Source of the DNA: the human T2T-CHM13v2.0 reference genome, Homo sapiens | Direction: 5' to 3' (one strand) | Assembly: GCF_009914755.1 (NCBI RefSeq) | Contig: NC_060942.1 | DNA: 64,000 nt | Notes under the pieces: generated by a model | What the model saw: the letters and a program-made list of their open reading frames with translations, nothing else | The model's database searches: none | Told to the model about the DNA's origin: nothing | Program-made: the position numbers and the translations under genes | Part shown: positions 1-16,944 of the stretch, piece after piece | Layout: each line of letters begins with the position of its first letter | Position numbering within the stretch: position 1 is the first letter of the stretch

Positions 1-1370
1 ATTAGTATACAACATTGTGCTGCATTGTACGGCCCCGAAAACCTTGTCTGCTTCTCAACACCCCCTCCCCCAAGGGTACTTGTGCTCTGCAGTAAAGTAA
101 CTAACATCTCAAGACCTTGTAAAAACAGGCCAATCCAGTTAAACTTATAAATCTTACGGGGAAAAAGAGAAAAAAGTTACATCTGTAACTTTGGACAGAG
201 AATTGCACAGTGAGGTTTGAAGCTACATGGGAAGTCCTCTCTCAGGGCCCTGAGAGAGGGAAGGCAGGTGGTTTTAGGAGGCATTCCGTTCTTCAACTTT
301 GCCGTAGGAATGCCAGGTAAAACCTCAACTTCTCTCTTTTCATTTCTGACCCTCACATCCAGTCAGCTTTTCTCTGACCTTTTCCTAAGCGGCTCCTTAG
401 AATTCTTTGTGCCCATTCTCACAGTTCTCCAGAGGAAATACAGATGCCCATAGGCCCTCTCCTATGTGCCAGGGTGACCCAGAGCAGTGACTAAAAAATG
501 GTGACCTGCTGCCATCAGAGCTGTTCTCAAATGACCGAACACACATCCATTGGAGGCAGAGGCCGGCAGCAGGGTAGACGCAGCCCTTTACCCTCTCAAG
601 ACATCTCGTGCCCTCGTTTCAGTAGAGAGTGTGGATGGGCAGGAGGGATTATGTTCAGAAGGTTCAGGTCTGCTGAATTCATTTGAGGAGGCTGCTTGTT
701 AGTAACATATTAGTCATGGAAATAGTTTGTAGGAGACAAGTGAATATTTTAAGTCATTTAAAGCGTAAGAAACATTCAAGCATTGTTGAAATAACAGTGG
801 TATCGATTTTATTTTCTGTTTCTTGATTTTACTGTATATTTGTTTACTGGTGTAGGGCTTCCTGTGTTAAGAACAGGTATAGAAATATTGACATTCAAAT
901 GTAAAATTGCTACTGACTCTAAATGAAAACTTTGGAGTTGAGTAGGCCTATTTAGTTTATTAATCAGATTAACATTCTTTTCCAAGTTAGGGTATCATCA
1001 TTGCCTTGTCTGATCTTAAAAAAAAAAATCTTTAAAAAAAAAGGATGCTTTTGCTCTGTGTTAAAGTAACATGAAGACTTTGTACAAACATGTGCCAGTT
1101 ATAGATTTGTGAATAGTAAAATGGTCATTAATTTAGATTTCTAAGTAAATGTAGCTGAATGCATCTTTACTGAAAATGTTAAGGTTGATCTATGGTTGAG
1201 TAATGCCAGTTGTCTTCAAAAGTTTGTTTCAGAGCTAATCGTTGTTCTATTTATTGTGTTTGTGTGTTCTCAATGTGCCTCTGCCTCCCAAGTTCTTCAG
1301 CTATAAAGTAGCAGATCCTTTGACTTAAAGAGGCTGACTGACATGATCTCGCTGCACTCTTCTATTTTAG

Positions 1371-1533
1371 AATAATATATAAGTGTTCCATGTGCGACAC
1401 TGTGTTCACCCTGCAAACCTTGCTGTATCGCCACTTTGACCAACACATTGAAAACCAGAAGGTGTCTGTTTTCAAGTGTCCAGACTGTTCTCTTTTATAT
1501 GCACAGAAGCAACTTATGATGGACCATATCAAG
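1371..1533 (+). CDS. ZNF532: ZNF532 internal coding exon (163 nt; two C2H2-type fingers)
   Basis: Acceptor tcttctattttag|A, donor AAG|gtgtgt. Translates [54 protein letters not shown]; phase 2 in, phase 0 out. The second finger's last His is supplied by the next exon (SMH). Confidence 0.95.
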
Positions 1534-1827
1534 GTGTGTGTGCATCTATCCTCTACTTTAAATGAATTGCAGATCCATTCATTGGTCATAAATCAAGGCT
1601 GAGCTGCAGGTGACTCTAAAGCATGCCTCACTGTCGAGGGAAGGGATGGATGCTGGTCGTTGTCAGTGAGCAACTTACATGCTGTCATCATGTGTTCACT
1701 TGACTGTGGTGCTTTTCATTCAGGAGTCCTGATCTGCCTACTAAAGATTAGTGAAAAGGAACCAATGTCTGCCCTGATTTTAAAAGAGTAAAAAAGTACT
1801 AAGTTTTTTGTTTTTTGTTTTTTTTAA

Positions 1828-2176
<349 letters not shown>

Positions 2177-2720
2177 TGAGAATTCTGTAAGACTTAGAAA
2201 CAGACAAGGGCTCTGAGGAATTATGCTAATTCACACAAATATTGGTATATTTAGAAAAATGAAGGTTTTTTCCCTTGAAATTATTTAAGCAGTTAGGTTT
2301 GCATTGTAATTAATGCCCCTAAACCTTTTAGTTTCTTTTTTTTTTTTCTGTAAAGATTGCATTGTAAATGGACTGTTAAATATCTAGGATATAGTATGGT
2401 ACCTGGCACCTGGTGGTGTTCAGTTAATGAAATGAATAAATATCCAGTGTGGACTGTTTTACTCTCCAACCCCCAAAAGGGGCACAGAAATCTATTTATA
2501 GCCTTTTAAGCTTACTAAGGCCAGTGCTTAGTTCTAGCTGCTTAACTGTCCACTGTAATATGTTAAGCATTTTTTTTTCCTTGTGTGATTAGGAGATAAT
2601 ATCCATTGGCTTTCAGAGATTAAAATGACTTACTTTTTAAACAGAGAAACAAGAGACCCCATATTATCAGGAACTCAATCTCTTTCTTTTAGTTTTGCTC
2701 TTTTAAAAATACATTATACA

Positions 2721-2998
2721 GGCTGGGCACGGTGGCTTACACCTGTAATCCCAGCACTTTGGGAGGCCAAGGTAGGCGGATCACTTGAGACCAACATGGT
2801 GAAACCCCGTCTCTACTAAAAATACAAAAATCAGCTGGGCGTGGTGGTACATGCCTGTAATCCTAGCTACTTGGGAGGCTGAGGCAGGAGAATCACTTGA
2901 ACTCAGGAGGCAGAGATCTCAGTGAGCTGAGATTGTGCCACTGCACTCCAGCCTGGGCGACAGAGCAAGACTCCGTCTCAGAAACAAACAAACAAAAA
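2721..2998 (+). mobile_element. Alu (S-type) with short internal deletion
   Basis: ggctgggcacggtggc start, A-rich tail; lacks the gtcaggagttc...cagcctgg segment. Confidence 0.95.
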
Positions 2999-4134
2999 GT
3001 TACACAAAAAAGGTCAGTTTAAAGCGCAAAGTCCCTGAATTATTCTAGTCTCATGTCAGCTAAGTGCCTGGATTATGAATCCTTGACATTTCCTGTATTA
3101 AACATGTGTGAGTTCATATAGAGTAATTGCTTAATGCAAATGAACATCTTGGAGATTCTCTCCTTCCAGGCAAGGTAAAGATAGTGGTGGTGATGGCATT
3201 ACTTGGGTGAATAAAAGCATGGGAGATGCATTTCATCATTCTCATTTGAAGTACAGTAAAACCCTCTTAAGATACTTTAACTATTTTAGCTAAAATTACA
3301 TAATTATTTTGACAATAAATATCTATTTAATGAAACACCAGGAAGAATTTAAAACTGCTAATAAAAATTTAGGGATGTTGGAATTAAACCAAAATATTTT
3401 AACATACTACATGTGTGCCAACAACAAAGAAAAGAACAGTTGCTTCTTAAGAGGCTTTTAAGGTATTTGGTTTCTAGAACTCATCTTTGCATCTGGAAGT
3501 CGGGTCATCGACTTTGTGGTTAGGGTCTTCCTTGTGTTAATAGTGAATTTGGAGGAATACAAGGTTCCAAGAAATAGAAACTGAAGAGGGGTGGTAAAAT
3601 CCTGTGGCCACAAGGAGGAAAGAATTGTTATTCATCTTAACCTATGCAAGACTACATGATACGAAAACAGTGGGAATAATCACTTATGTTCTCATTTCAT
3701 GTATGTTCTATGCGTTTAAAAATATTATCCTGCATTTATATGTTTGGGGTTGGGTAAGCATAGTTTTAGGGGCATACTGTTTTTTTTTTAATTTTTAAGA
3801 TAATCTATTTAGCTCTTGTTATTTATTTACATTGCCTGTGCTATGCAGTTTTTCATGAGGAAGGAAGAGGAAGTGGAACAGGCACAAGTTTTCTCCACAT
3901 ACATATTCACTTAAAGATGGGCTCTTATTTGCCCAGTTTAATCCAATTTGTGTCATTTTCTTCTCCTACCAAAATATAAACTTGTAGGACCTCCATGTTG
4001 ACATTTATATTTAAACTTTTGAGTTACAGACACTCATTCAAATTAATTATTGTTATAGGAGCTAAGGAAAAATCAATTTGAAAAGAAATAAGTTGTTTCT
4101 TTATTTAAAAATGACAGTATGAATGAATGAATGA

Positions 4135-4565
4135 GGCATGTCTTGCCATGTTGCCCAGGCTGAACCTCTGGTCTCAAGTGGTTTTCTCACCTTGACCTTC
4201 CAGAGCGCTGAAATTATAGGTGTGAGCCACCATTCCCAGCTGACATTTGCTTTTCAGAGTCTTTTTTTTTTTTCTTTTGAGATAAGGTCTCACTCTGTTG
4301 CCCCGGTTGGAGTACAGTGGCATATCAGGGCTCAAGGCAGCCTCCATGTCCTGGGCTCAGGTGATCCTCCAACCTCAGCCCCCCGAATAGCTGAGACTAC
4401 AGGCATGCGCCACCACGCCTGGCCGATTTTTGTATTTTGTATTTTTTGTAGAGACAGGGTTTCACTAGTTGTCCAGGTTGGTCTTGAACTCCTGGGCTCA
4501 AGTGATTCTCCTGCCTTGGCCTTCTGAAGTGCTGGGATTTACAGGCCTGAGCCACTGCACCTGGA
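4135..4565 (-). mobile_element. Alu monomer fragment plus AluJ-type element
   Basis: Antisense left-arm fragment ~4135-4240 and full antisense Alu ~4262-4565. Confidence 0.9.
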
Positions 4566-4923
4566 CTTAGTAGTCTTAATTTTACTTGCAGTGTAACTTG
4601 TTGCTTCTTTTCTGTAATTTCTGTAGCACTTTAAGGTTATCTTACAGAAGAATATTTTAATATTTTATCCTTTCTTCAGCTTATCAGTTAGTAAAAATGC
4701 ATTTGCCTAGAAACTTATGAAAAGTTGCTAGAGGGTTTTAGGTTTTGTTTTCTTTAGGTTTTAAATAGTTAAAAATGGAAAAACTTAGCTTCTCTTTTGA
4801 CAAAGAGCAATGAAACACAGAAGCCTTCTGCCCTGAGTGGTGGGCATGAAGCAAGGCATAGTTTTTGGCTATCAAGAAATCATGTCTTGCTCCAGATTTT
4901 CTCTTTGCAAAGAACATGGTTAG

Positions 4924-5254
<331 letters not shown>

Positions 5255-5702
5255 CACCTCAGCCCCCTTTTATGGGCCACTTTCACTGTTGCCTGTTTGG
5301 GTAGACCTTGTGACTTCAGCTGGTGAGAAAATGATAGAACCCCTGTTTCCCTCTGGTGAAAAATGATGTTGAGGAAGGTTAGCTAGTTCTTGGCACTGTT
5401 TAGAGAAGACCTTGCCTTGAGAAAATGTGATGGAGAGTGTCCTGAAGGAATGGCTTCTTTCTTAAACATCCAAGAAGGAATGTGGAGCTGAGGTCTATCA
5501 GTGTGAGTCTCTGTGACCCAGGGGAACTCGGATGTGTGAAAGCCTCTTAGGAAAGATTTTTAATGTTGTCTTTCTGTAGATTCAGGAATTCATGGTTTAA
5601 CTGCAAGCCTGACTGCTAGTAAGAAGAGACGGCCCTATTCAAAAATAAATTGTATATTGTATACAGAGGCAAAGATTTTATTTTTTGCTCTCCTCCACCC
5701 TC

Positions 5703-6010
5703 TTTTTTTGTTTTTGTTTTTATTTTTTGAGACAGGGTCTTGCTCTGTTGCCCAGGCTAGAGTGCAGTGGTGTGATTGTAGCTCACTGTAACCTTGAACT
5801 CCTGGGCTCAAGCAATCTTCTTACCTCAGCCTTCTAAGTAACTGGGACTTCAGGCATGCACCACTATGCCCGAGTAATTTATTAATCTTTTTGTAGAGAT
5901 GGGGTCTCTCTGTGTTGCCCAGACTGGTCTCAAACTCCAGGCTTCAAGTGATCCTCCTGCCTTGGCCTCCTGAAGTGTTGGAATTATAGGCGTGAGCCAC
6001 TGCATACACC
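5703..6010 (-). mobile_element. AluJ-type
   Basis: Diverged antisense Alu consensus. Confidence 0.9.
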
Positions 6011-6823
6011 CCACCCCGCTGTTTTTATTCCATGCTTTTACAATACAAAACAAAAACCAAAGTGAGCTGGTCTTTAGAATCAAATTGCACTAATTTTGCC
6101 CTTTTCAAATTTGAAATCCAGTGAGTTTAAGTTGAAGATGGCTGTTGTGGCCATTATGTTAATGATGATAGTTAGCTAAGCAATTTAAAAAGACATGAGT
6201 ATCTAATGTGTGTAGTTCTCAAGCCTGGCTGCCATCAGTAAGAAAGGATGGGTCGGGATAGGATGTAAGGAGATGAAAATTCCTGACAAAACCCAGCAAA
6301 AACCCAGACTGTTACTAGTATTCCAAGAATGTGAAAGGCATGAAGAGAAAAAGGCTTGCTATTTACTAACGTATTGATCTTAGATGTTTGCTCAAGTCAG
6401 TTTGTTCTAGTTGAATTCCTAATAATGTATTAGCCTATTTAAACATTTCCAGGCTGATGGGAAAGGAGAGAGTTGTTCCGAAATGGTTTGTTGTAGAGAG
6501 GCCTCCCTCTGGGATGTTACAGGAAGATAAAGTACCAGGATTAATTTGTGTTCAATACAGAGGTCTTTCTTTAAAGAATTTTAAAATGGTACAAATATAT
6601 AGGCCTTTAAAAAGCATTTGGAAAGAGAAATGCATAACGTATAGCAGACTTTTATCTCTTTTGAAATGTATATTTAGCTTAGGTTTTTTTCTTTATATAT
6701 TAAATATTTCTGAATGAATATAAACTGGTGTTGAAATGTGTACCACATGTTAAGATAGCATACTTGTGCTTTCTTTTAGTGTTGTGATTTGTGATAGATA
6801 TTTCTTTTCTTTTTATAATGTAG

Positions 6824-7105
6824 TCTATGCATGGAACATTGAAAAGTATTGAAGGGCCTCCAAACTTGGGTATAAACTTGCCTTTGAGCATTAAGCCTGC
6901 AACTCAAAATTCAGCAAATCAGAACAAAGAGGACACCAAATCCATGAATGGGAAAGAGAAATTGGAAAAGAAATCTCCATCTCCTGTGAAAAAATCAATG
7001 GAAACCAAGAAAGTGGCCAGTCCTGGGTGGACGTGTTGGGAGTGTGACTGCCTGTTCATGCAGAGAGATGTGTACATATCCCACGTGAGGAAGGAGCACG
7101 GGAAG
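6824..7105 (+). CDS. ZNF532: ZNF532 internal coding exon (282 nt)
   Basis: Acceptor ttttctttttataatgtag|TCT, donor AAG|gtcagt. 94 codons SMHGTLKSIEGPP...WTCWECDCLFMQRDVYISHVRKEHGK; phase 0/0. Confidence 0.95.
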
Positions 7106-7139
7106 GTCAGTAAAGAATGAAAGCTGCTCTGGGTGAGTG

Positions 7140-7285
7140 CAAGAGAGGGCACTGGACTGGCAAGCTTCCAAGATGTGGGCTCTTGGCTTGGCTCTATCAG
7201 TAATTAGTGCTGTGACCTTAAAAATCACTTGGTGTCTCTCTGCCTCACTTCTTTATCTGTGAAATAGACCTTTTCAAATCCTTCA
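7140..7285. mobile_element. MIR remnant
   Basis: gctgtgaccttaaaaatcactt...ctctctgcctcacttctttatctgtgaaat resembles the MIR core. Confidence 0.65.
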
Positions 7286-7329
7286 GTCTTCAGTTTTCCT
7301 GGTCATTGCCTTCACATGCACTCCTCCAG

Positions 7330-7348
7330 ACTGGTGTGCATGAATGTG
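7330..7348 (+). other. ZNF532: Candidate 19-nt alternative (poison) microexon of ZNF532
   Basis: Pyrimidine-rich acceptor ...ttcacatgcactcctccag|ACTGGTGTGCATGAATGTG|gtaagt with consensus donor. No transcript evidence available here. Confidence 0.5.
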
Positions 7349-7964
7349 GTAAGTTACCTATCACATTCATATTTATAGCTTAGGAAAGAGAAAAATAGTA
7401 AACCAAGGTTAAAGACATTTGAATTTACCTCTATCCTTGTGCCAGCTAAGGAAGAAAGGAGCAGAGAAAGACAGTGGAAATGTTGAACATTGCCAGTAGC
7501 ATTTGTGTGACTTACATGATTCTTCCTTGAGTTTGGTAGTGGGAAGAGGAACCACATCCTTTAACTTCCAGTAGAAGCTCTGTAACTCCAAGTCACTGAA
7601 AAATCTGAGTCACATATGTATATCCTTTCTCTTTTAAATAGTAAGTATATGTCTCCAACTGATAAGGAATTTAAAAAATACTTATTAGACCTAATAATAT
7701 TAGCAAAATTATTTTTCAGTATTATCTAATACTGTATTAAATACAATATTAGGCTGTATTCACATTTCCTGATTGTCTCAAAGTTGGTTTGTTATGGTCA
7801 GGACCCAAAAAGTCCATATATTACATTTGGTTGTTGTGTAATTCTTTATTTTACGTAGTCCTCCTTTCATTTTATTTTTTAATGTATGGTTGATTTCTTA
7901 GAAAAATTGGATTGTTTGTCCTATATATAGGTTGTCCCTCACTTTACTAGATTTAGGTAATTGA

Positions 7965-8583
<619 letters not shown>

Positions 8584-10708
8584 AATATGTCATAGGTGCT
8601 GTATTCTTTTTGTATTTCATCATGAGGAACATAATACCAGCTACCAGCTTGTCTCATTTGTAATCCTAATACTGAGATTGATTAGTGGGTTCAAATACGT
8701 GACGTTTTCAAAGAAAGTCATCTTACTGCTTTAACTTAAGCCAATAGAACAAAATAGTCATCCGTAGTGAGACTATATAGAGAGTACATAGAAATTGTTT
8801 TGTAATTAGTATACACTACATCTTTGAGCAGTTTGCTCTATTAAATGTGCTAAGAACTATTCTGTAATCTCATTTATTTGTACTATTTGTTTGAGCTGCT
8901 CATGAAACTGACATGTTTTACTTTGTGATTATCCCAAATGGCCTGTGAACATGGCTGGATCACAATATTCACAAATTGCAAAAAGATGTTTTTATTGTAT
9001 TTGGTCTCACTACAGTGTGTCTTGATATAAAAAGTAGTTACTTACAGAATATATTTGGCTTTAGTGGCACATTGCTTATTTAATCATCTTAGTCTCAGGC
9101 TTTCCTACTAGCATTGTACAGTGTTCATTGTAAATACTGGGTAGTTTTTAAGGAGCAATACTTCAATAATCTACGGTATAAGTACACTGCCAGGGTGCTG
9201 TCAGAGTCTGATGTGGTGGTTCTAGGGAGTCTTCACTTGGCACCCCTACCAGATTGCATAAGAGTCAAACAGGAGCTGGCCTTCGTCATCATCCGGTAGT
9301 CCAGTCCTTTCATTTCGTGAGATTTCTGTAACTATCTTGTAACATATCAGAACTCTTTTCCTTTTTTAAAAAACTATCTTTATCTTACATTTGAGATAAT
9401 GATTAGATCTAGGATATGAGAGGAGGAGATGGTTTCAAAAAGGTTGGTGGGATGAAATGTACCACTGATTGAAAGCCTTTGCTCTGGACCTGCAGCAGAG
9501 AGCCCACTCTGAATTGGATGTGTGTGCACGCATGTGCCCTTGGTTTTGATGGAGATGTTCATCAGAATGGAAATGTCTGGCTTAGCATAATTTTAGGATT
9601 GGCTTTGAAGGAGTTGAGGCCCTGCCTTTGGAATGAGGCACATCGTATTAGATTGTAGTTTCAATCCTGTTCCCTCAGCCTCCTGAGAGAATGAAGGAGA
9701 TGAGTGGGTGAGGAGAGGGGAGGAGCATCTTCATAAGCTAGTGAAATGAATGGTGTTGAGTGTGAGAGTTCCACCATGCCAAGTCTCACTGGAGCACCCA
9801 CTTCCAAACACCCCTCTACAAGCATCTTATATCTATCTCCATTCATTTCTCCTTTCCTAGAATACTTAAGTCACCCAAACTTCAAAGCCCCTGTGCTGTC
9901 TTTTCTCCGTCTTCCTTCAGACAACCAGGCGAGCACCTTGCTGTCTATATCTTTCCTTCCCATTTACCCTGGGCTTGCCACCTTATCACTGAACCCAGTT
10001 CTCTGGTGACCCCTTTGTTGTTAAGTCGTTGGATGTGTTCCTGTCTTTACCTCCACTCACCCCACAGCGGTGTTTCACATGATTAGCAGTTCTTTCTAAA
10101 AGCATTTTCTACCCTTATTGTGGAATACCACTCTCTCCTGGGTTCTCTCACCATTACCGGAACACCCATCAGGTTTCTGTCCTAGAAACATTTAACTTTC
10201 TCTTGGGAAAATTCAACCACTCTTATAACTTTGCTTCTCGTGTACAGTATATATACAGATAGCACCCAAATCTGTGTCTCCAGTTAGTTGAAAAGTATTT
10301 CTTGAATTAATAGACCAAGAATGAGTTCTGATTTGGAAGACATCTAACTCCTCTTAGACTTAACCTCCTCTTCTTTAAAATGGGTACATATTTAGTGATC
10401 TTCCAGTGTCCTGTGTTGTAAATACCTAGAGAACTGTATATGAAGTGATAAGTATTCTCTAATTCCTATGGGTTTAAGATGAGATATCAATATGAAATAC
10501 GCTATACACATATAAGGGTTCAAAAATTGTATTTGGCTAAAGGTCTCAGGAGAGAATACAGTTTAACTTCCACCAGCCCAGAAGTCATTGGAAAGATCCA
10601 AATTTATTGGATTACCCAATGAAATATTATGCATTAGGATAAATATGTCAGCGTTCTGAACCAGTGAACTTTGTATACTTGATTTTAGTATCATAATTAT
10701 GACTTAAA

Positions 10709-10712
<4 letters not shown>

Positions 10713-10739
<27 letters not shown>
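10713..10739. repeat. (TA)n microsatellite
   Basis: Direct observation. Confidence 0.95.
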
Positions 10740-10750
<11 letters not shown>

Positions 10751-11036
10751 ACTTGGGGAATAATCTAAACGTATTCTGCCAACCACAGTACAGTCATTAC
10801 CTTAGTGTTACTGCTTCTAGTATGATTATTATTTTGATAAGATTTGGAGTAAATATTTCAGGTTAGGAGTAAATTTAACTGGCATAAGTTAAAAATTTAT
10901 GTCAAAACATTAGAATTCACTGCTACTCATTTTAGATGGCCATTTTGGTTTCATTAATTGTTTTTGACCTTTCTTCCCCTTCTCAGTTCCCATCCAGAAG
11001 AACTTTACTAAAAAGAAATATTCTGTATACAGTTCA

Positions 11037-11395
<359 letters not shown>

Positions 11396-12550
11396 CCTAA
11401 TTCTGGCTCTGCTAGTTATTCAGTAGCTTTTCTGTGTCTCTGATGCTCTTTTTAAAAAATGAATTGTCAGTATCTACTTTCAGTGGTTTTTAACTTTTTT
11501 CCAGTTATTTGTCGTAATCTGATATCAAGTCAAATACTTTAAAAAAATATTGACAGATATTCAGTGCATATTTATTAAAGGCGTAATCATCTTAAAACCT
11601 ACAATTTGCTGAATTACTGCTTTAGCTATTTAAAAAAGAAAAACAGTTAAAGCAGCAGCATTTTAAGAAGTTCTTGTTACAAATTCTATATACAGAAAGC
11701 AGTAAAAAACTTACCAATTTCTCTTTTTAAAGTTTTTTCTCAAATGCTTATGTATTATCTAATTTTTATTGTGCTTTCTAAAGTTGGTATTATTGTTTTG
11801 TTATGGCCAAATTTTAGCTGTCCTTGTAAATGGTAAAGTCTTTGAGGGCAAGTTGTATGTCCATTTTATTATTACAGTCTTCTATGGTTTACAGCATTGT
11901 GCCTTGCAGAGTATCTCTGGAGTCCCTGATTGAAGCAGTTCTCTTTGGATTGTTACTTGCACATATGGGAAGGGGCTTTGTGTTAGTCACAGATACACAC
12001 AAGTTGCAGTCTAGGTTCAGGTACCTAACTAGCTTTCTAACCACAGAAATCCCACCACCTTTGTAGTCTCTATATTCTCAACTATAAAATCAGGAGGACG
12101 GGCGTGTCAGTGTCACATTAACCTGATGATCTCATCCCAGCCGTGAGCCTTTCCTCAGATCCATGTACAAATGCACAGAGTTTTACATACAATTTTAGGT
12201 GGGTTGTGGATCTCCTGCTCTTCTTTTTTGTTGTTCTAGAAGGCCTTTTAGGAACCAAACTAAGATCCTTTGAATGAGATAATATCTGAGGTCATTCTTA
12301 GAGATCAAACATTCTGTAATTATGTGAGCCAGTATTAAAATTAAAAAGAAGTTACATGTTATATGTACCTGTTCAAATCTAGAAAATTACAACACAATCT
12401 GTGATAATTGTAATCATTCTCTCATTTGCTGCCTGGTTCTCCTACACATCAAGGAACCTTAACTTATTAATTGAAATATCCTAAAGCAGAGGCATATGTG
12501 CTGAATTACGGAACTCTGGTGCCATCAAAATGAACCTTAGATCTTTTCAG

Positions 12551-13653
<1,103 letters not shown>

Positions 13654-14389
13654 AATTTTCCATCTTTACATGGGGTGAAAGGAGATTGCAAATATATGCA
13701 TGTCATGGAGAATGAGCTGTGGCCAGATACCCTGCTTGTGTGAAAGGAGAAGGTTGGATAGATTCGGAAGATTTCAGATAAAGTCTATCTGACCTTACTT
13801 GAGCACAGCCATTTCAGAGAACAGATGGTGAAGTAGCTGGTTCCTGCCTGAGCACTGGGCAAAAGAACTAGGCGAAGACTAAGAACATGTGATTGCAGAT
13901 CAATCTCCTTTTCTTTACAGAGGGACCAGTTGGTAGGTAGAATAACCCTCTAGACAGAAACTGGGTTTCAGCAAAACTGTTGACAGATTCTGTCTGTTTT
14001 GATACTGTTCTGTACAGTGTAGTGCAGGAGGGCCTGGGTGAAATATTGCATGGATAGCTGACTCATGGCTCACTGCCTTGTTGGAGAGAAAGCTTCCATC
14101 TTGGATCAGATTTTCCTCAGTCTTTCTATCAATGACTTAATTATAGGAAGAGAAGCTAGGAGGGATTTTGCAAGGCAGATCTTAAATGCAGAGCTTTTCA
14201 CTTAAAAAAAAAATAAAAGTACACAGATATTATGTGAGGTAGATATGGCTTAGCTAAGTTCTATGAAAAAGTATTCTGTCTTTATTTGACTATCTTGCTA
14301 TAACCCATCCTTCTTTGTGGCTGCTGATGTAGCATTCATATCAAGGAAAGCTAACACCCTTCCTTTGACTTGGCACCATAATCTAGCTG

Positions 14390-14580
14390 GCGGTTCCCAA
14401 GATTGGAGTGTGCGTCAGAATTAACTGGAAGGCTTGTTCAGCTAGTTGCTGGCCTCTACCCCACAGCTTCTGATTCAGCAGGTCTGGGATGGAACCCGAT
14501 CATTTGCATTTCTCACAAGCCCTAGCTGATGCTGATGCTGATGCTGCTCATCTTGGGACCATGCTTTGCGAACTACTGGC
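14390..14580. mobile_element. MER5A-like hAT-Charlie DNA transposon fossil
   Basis: ttctgattcagcaggtctgggatgg...atttgcatttctcacaag...gatgctgatgctgc...ggaccatgctttg. Confidence 0.8.
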
Positions 14581-15246
14581 TTAGTCTGAGTGGCAGTACA
14601 ATCCCCCAAAGCCCATTGATTTATCCAATAAAAGTTCATTTCTTGCACATACAGAGTTTGCTATGCAGAGTTTGCATTTCTCCGGGGCAGTCATCCCTTC
14701 CACTGGTAACTCAGTGATCAAGGCTGTTTCTTTCAGCCCCATTGTCTCAACGTAGGTGTTACTGAAAAAAAGACTGGCGAGTCCTGCCTGGTCTTTACAC
14801 GCTCGTTATTCTGGATATGATGCACAACACGAGTCATTGCCCAGAATGAATTATGTGAGCAGCCCCAAGTATATTCCCGCGTGTACCGCAAAGGGGAGGG
14901 AATGACAAGTAGTATTTGTCACCTGCAGTAAGGTGGCCACAGTGAATCTAAACAGGGAAAGGTTCCATTGCATCGATTTAAGATGGATGCTGACAACTAG
15001 CAGAGGAGGGTAAGCAGAATGCTGAGTCTAGAAACAGTGGCAGGAGGAAGAGAGAAGTTGGGGTTAAGGGGAGCTTTGATAGCTGTCTTCAGATAGATGT
15101 CCTCCATGTGAGGACCAGCATGTGATAATTCCAGACCAGCTGGGGCCATGCATGAGTGAAATGTCTGCCTATCTGTTGCTGGAAGTATTCAGGTAGTGGC
15201 CAGATGCTCATCTGTAAAATAATGGAATAGAAGGGATTCTAGGGTC

Positions 15247-15542
<296 letters not shown>

Positions 15543-15789
15543 TGGATTCTAGGGCCAATGTGACCTTTCTCCTCGGACACTGGAATGAAAGGAAACTACC
15601 AGTGGTAATCTATGTAGTAGCCATTGCTAGTGTGAGGTGGATATTTTAAACCAGTCACAGTCTAAAAGTCATTCCATGGACTAACCAAGTCTCTGTGGAA
15701 AGCATTTGGTTTCACAGTTAATCTAATTTGTGGATCGAAACAGAACTTCTAGGAAGAAGTCCTTGTCAGCAGGAAGGCTACAGGGGGAG

Positions 15790-16265
15790 CAGTGAGTCTG
15801 ACTTGGTAGCTGCACACGAGAATCACCCGGAGAGCCTACGGCCCAGCACACTTGGTGCTCACCAGACCAGCTAATTGGCATCACTAGGGGTGGGACCTGG
15901 CCCTGGCATTCTTTTTTTTTTTTTGAGATGGAGTCTTTCTCTGTCGCCCAGGCTGGAGTACAGTGACGCCATCTCGACTCACTGCAAGCTCCCACCCTGG
16001 GTTCAAGCGATTCTCCTGCCTCAGCCTCCTGAATAGCTGGGACTACAGGCGCCCACCACCACGCCCGGCTAATTTTTTGTATTTTTAGTAGAGACGGGGT
16101 TTCACCATGTTAGCCAGGATGGTCTCGATCTTCTGACCTCGTGATCTGCCCGCCTCGGCCTCCCAAAGTGCTGGGATTACAGGCGTGAGCCACCGCACCC
16201 AGCCGGCCCTGGCATTCTTAAAGCTTCCAGGTGATTCCAGTGTTGTGGCAGGGCTGGGAACACTC
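15790..16265. mobile_element. MER5A-like element interrupted by an antisense Alu (15912-16204)
   Basis: TSD ggccctggcattctt at 15899 and 16205; MER5A halves on either side. Confidence 0.85.
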
Positions 16266-16906
16266 ATACCACCTGGGATCTGCCGCACACCTGCCCTTGC
16301 TGCTGATGCTCATTGCTGTGGCCCTCACTGTGTGACTGCTATAGCACCAACACACCTTTGTTGAGTTTATGTTTTGGGGAAGGTTGATCTCAAGTGTATT
16401 TGTTTAAAGACTCCACCCAACGTTCACTCTTGGTGGTGAAGGCAGGGGACACAACTCTCTGGATGTTGGATTTACAGCATTAGTAAGTCTGTTCAATATA
16501 ATTTAAAGCCTGATTATAAATGATTTTAGGATGTCTTAATGTTTCTGTTCCTAAAGCCTTTAAGAAAAGTCCATAGATTTCATCTGCATTTTCCATACAG
16601 GGTGCAGGTGATAGGTGATTTGAATACTTGCTATTTTGTAGCCTTTCCCATTCTGAAATTCACTTTCAGTTCACTCAGAGATGTAGGTGAAAGACAGCAG
16701 TGGCAGTGAAGGAAAGTGGGAGAATGAAAGGATCAGAGTGTGGAGAGATGACCACAGCCACTGAGGCAGGTGTGCTGTTGTTACTTTTGAAAAGAATGGC
16801 AAGGCAATCAGCTTGCATTTCCTAGTTTGGGACCACCATGCTTAGAATCAGATTGACTGAGGAGCTTTACAGAGACTCTCACTTGCACAGTATTTAAAAG
16901 AAAAAA

Positions 16907-16907
<1 letters not shown>

Positions 16908-16944
<37 letters not shown>

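Noticed and set aside
7106-7120. Read-through of the donor giving VSKE* as the true C-terminus (also 1534-1602)
   Set aside because: Downstream exons splice in phase to a complete ZNF532 C-terminus, and there is no canonical poly(A) signal nearby.
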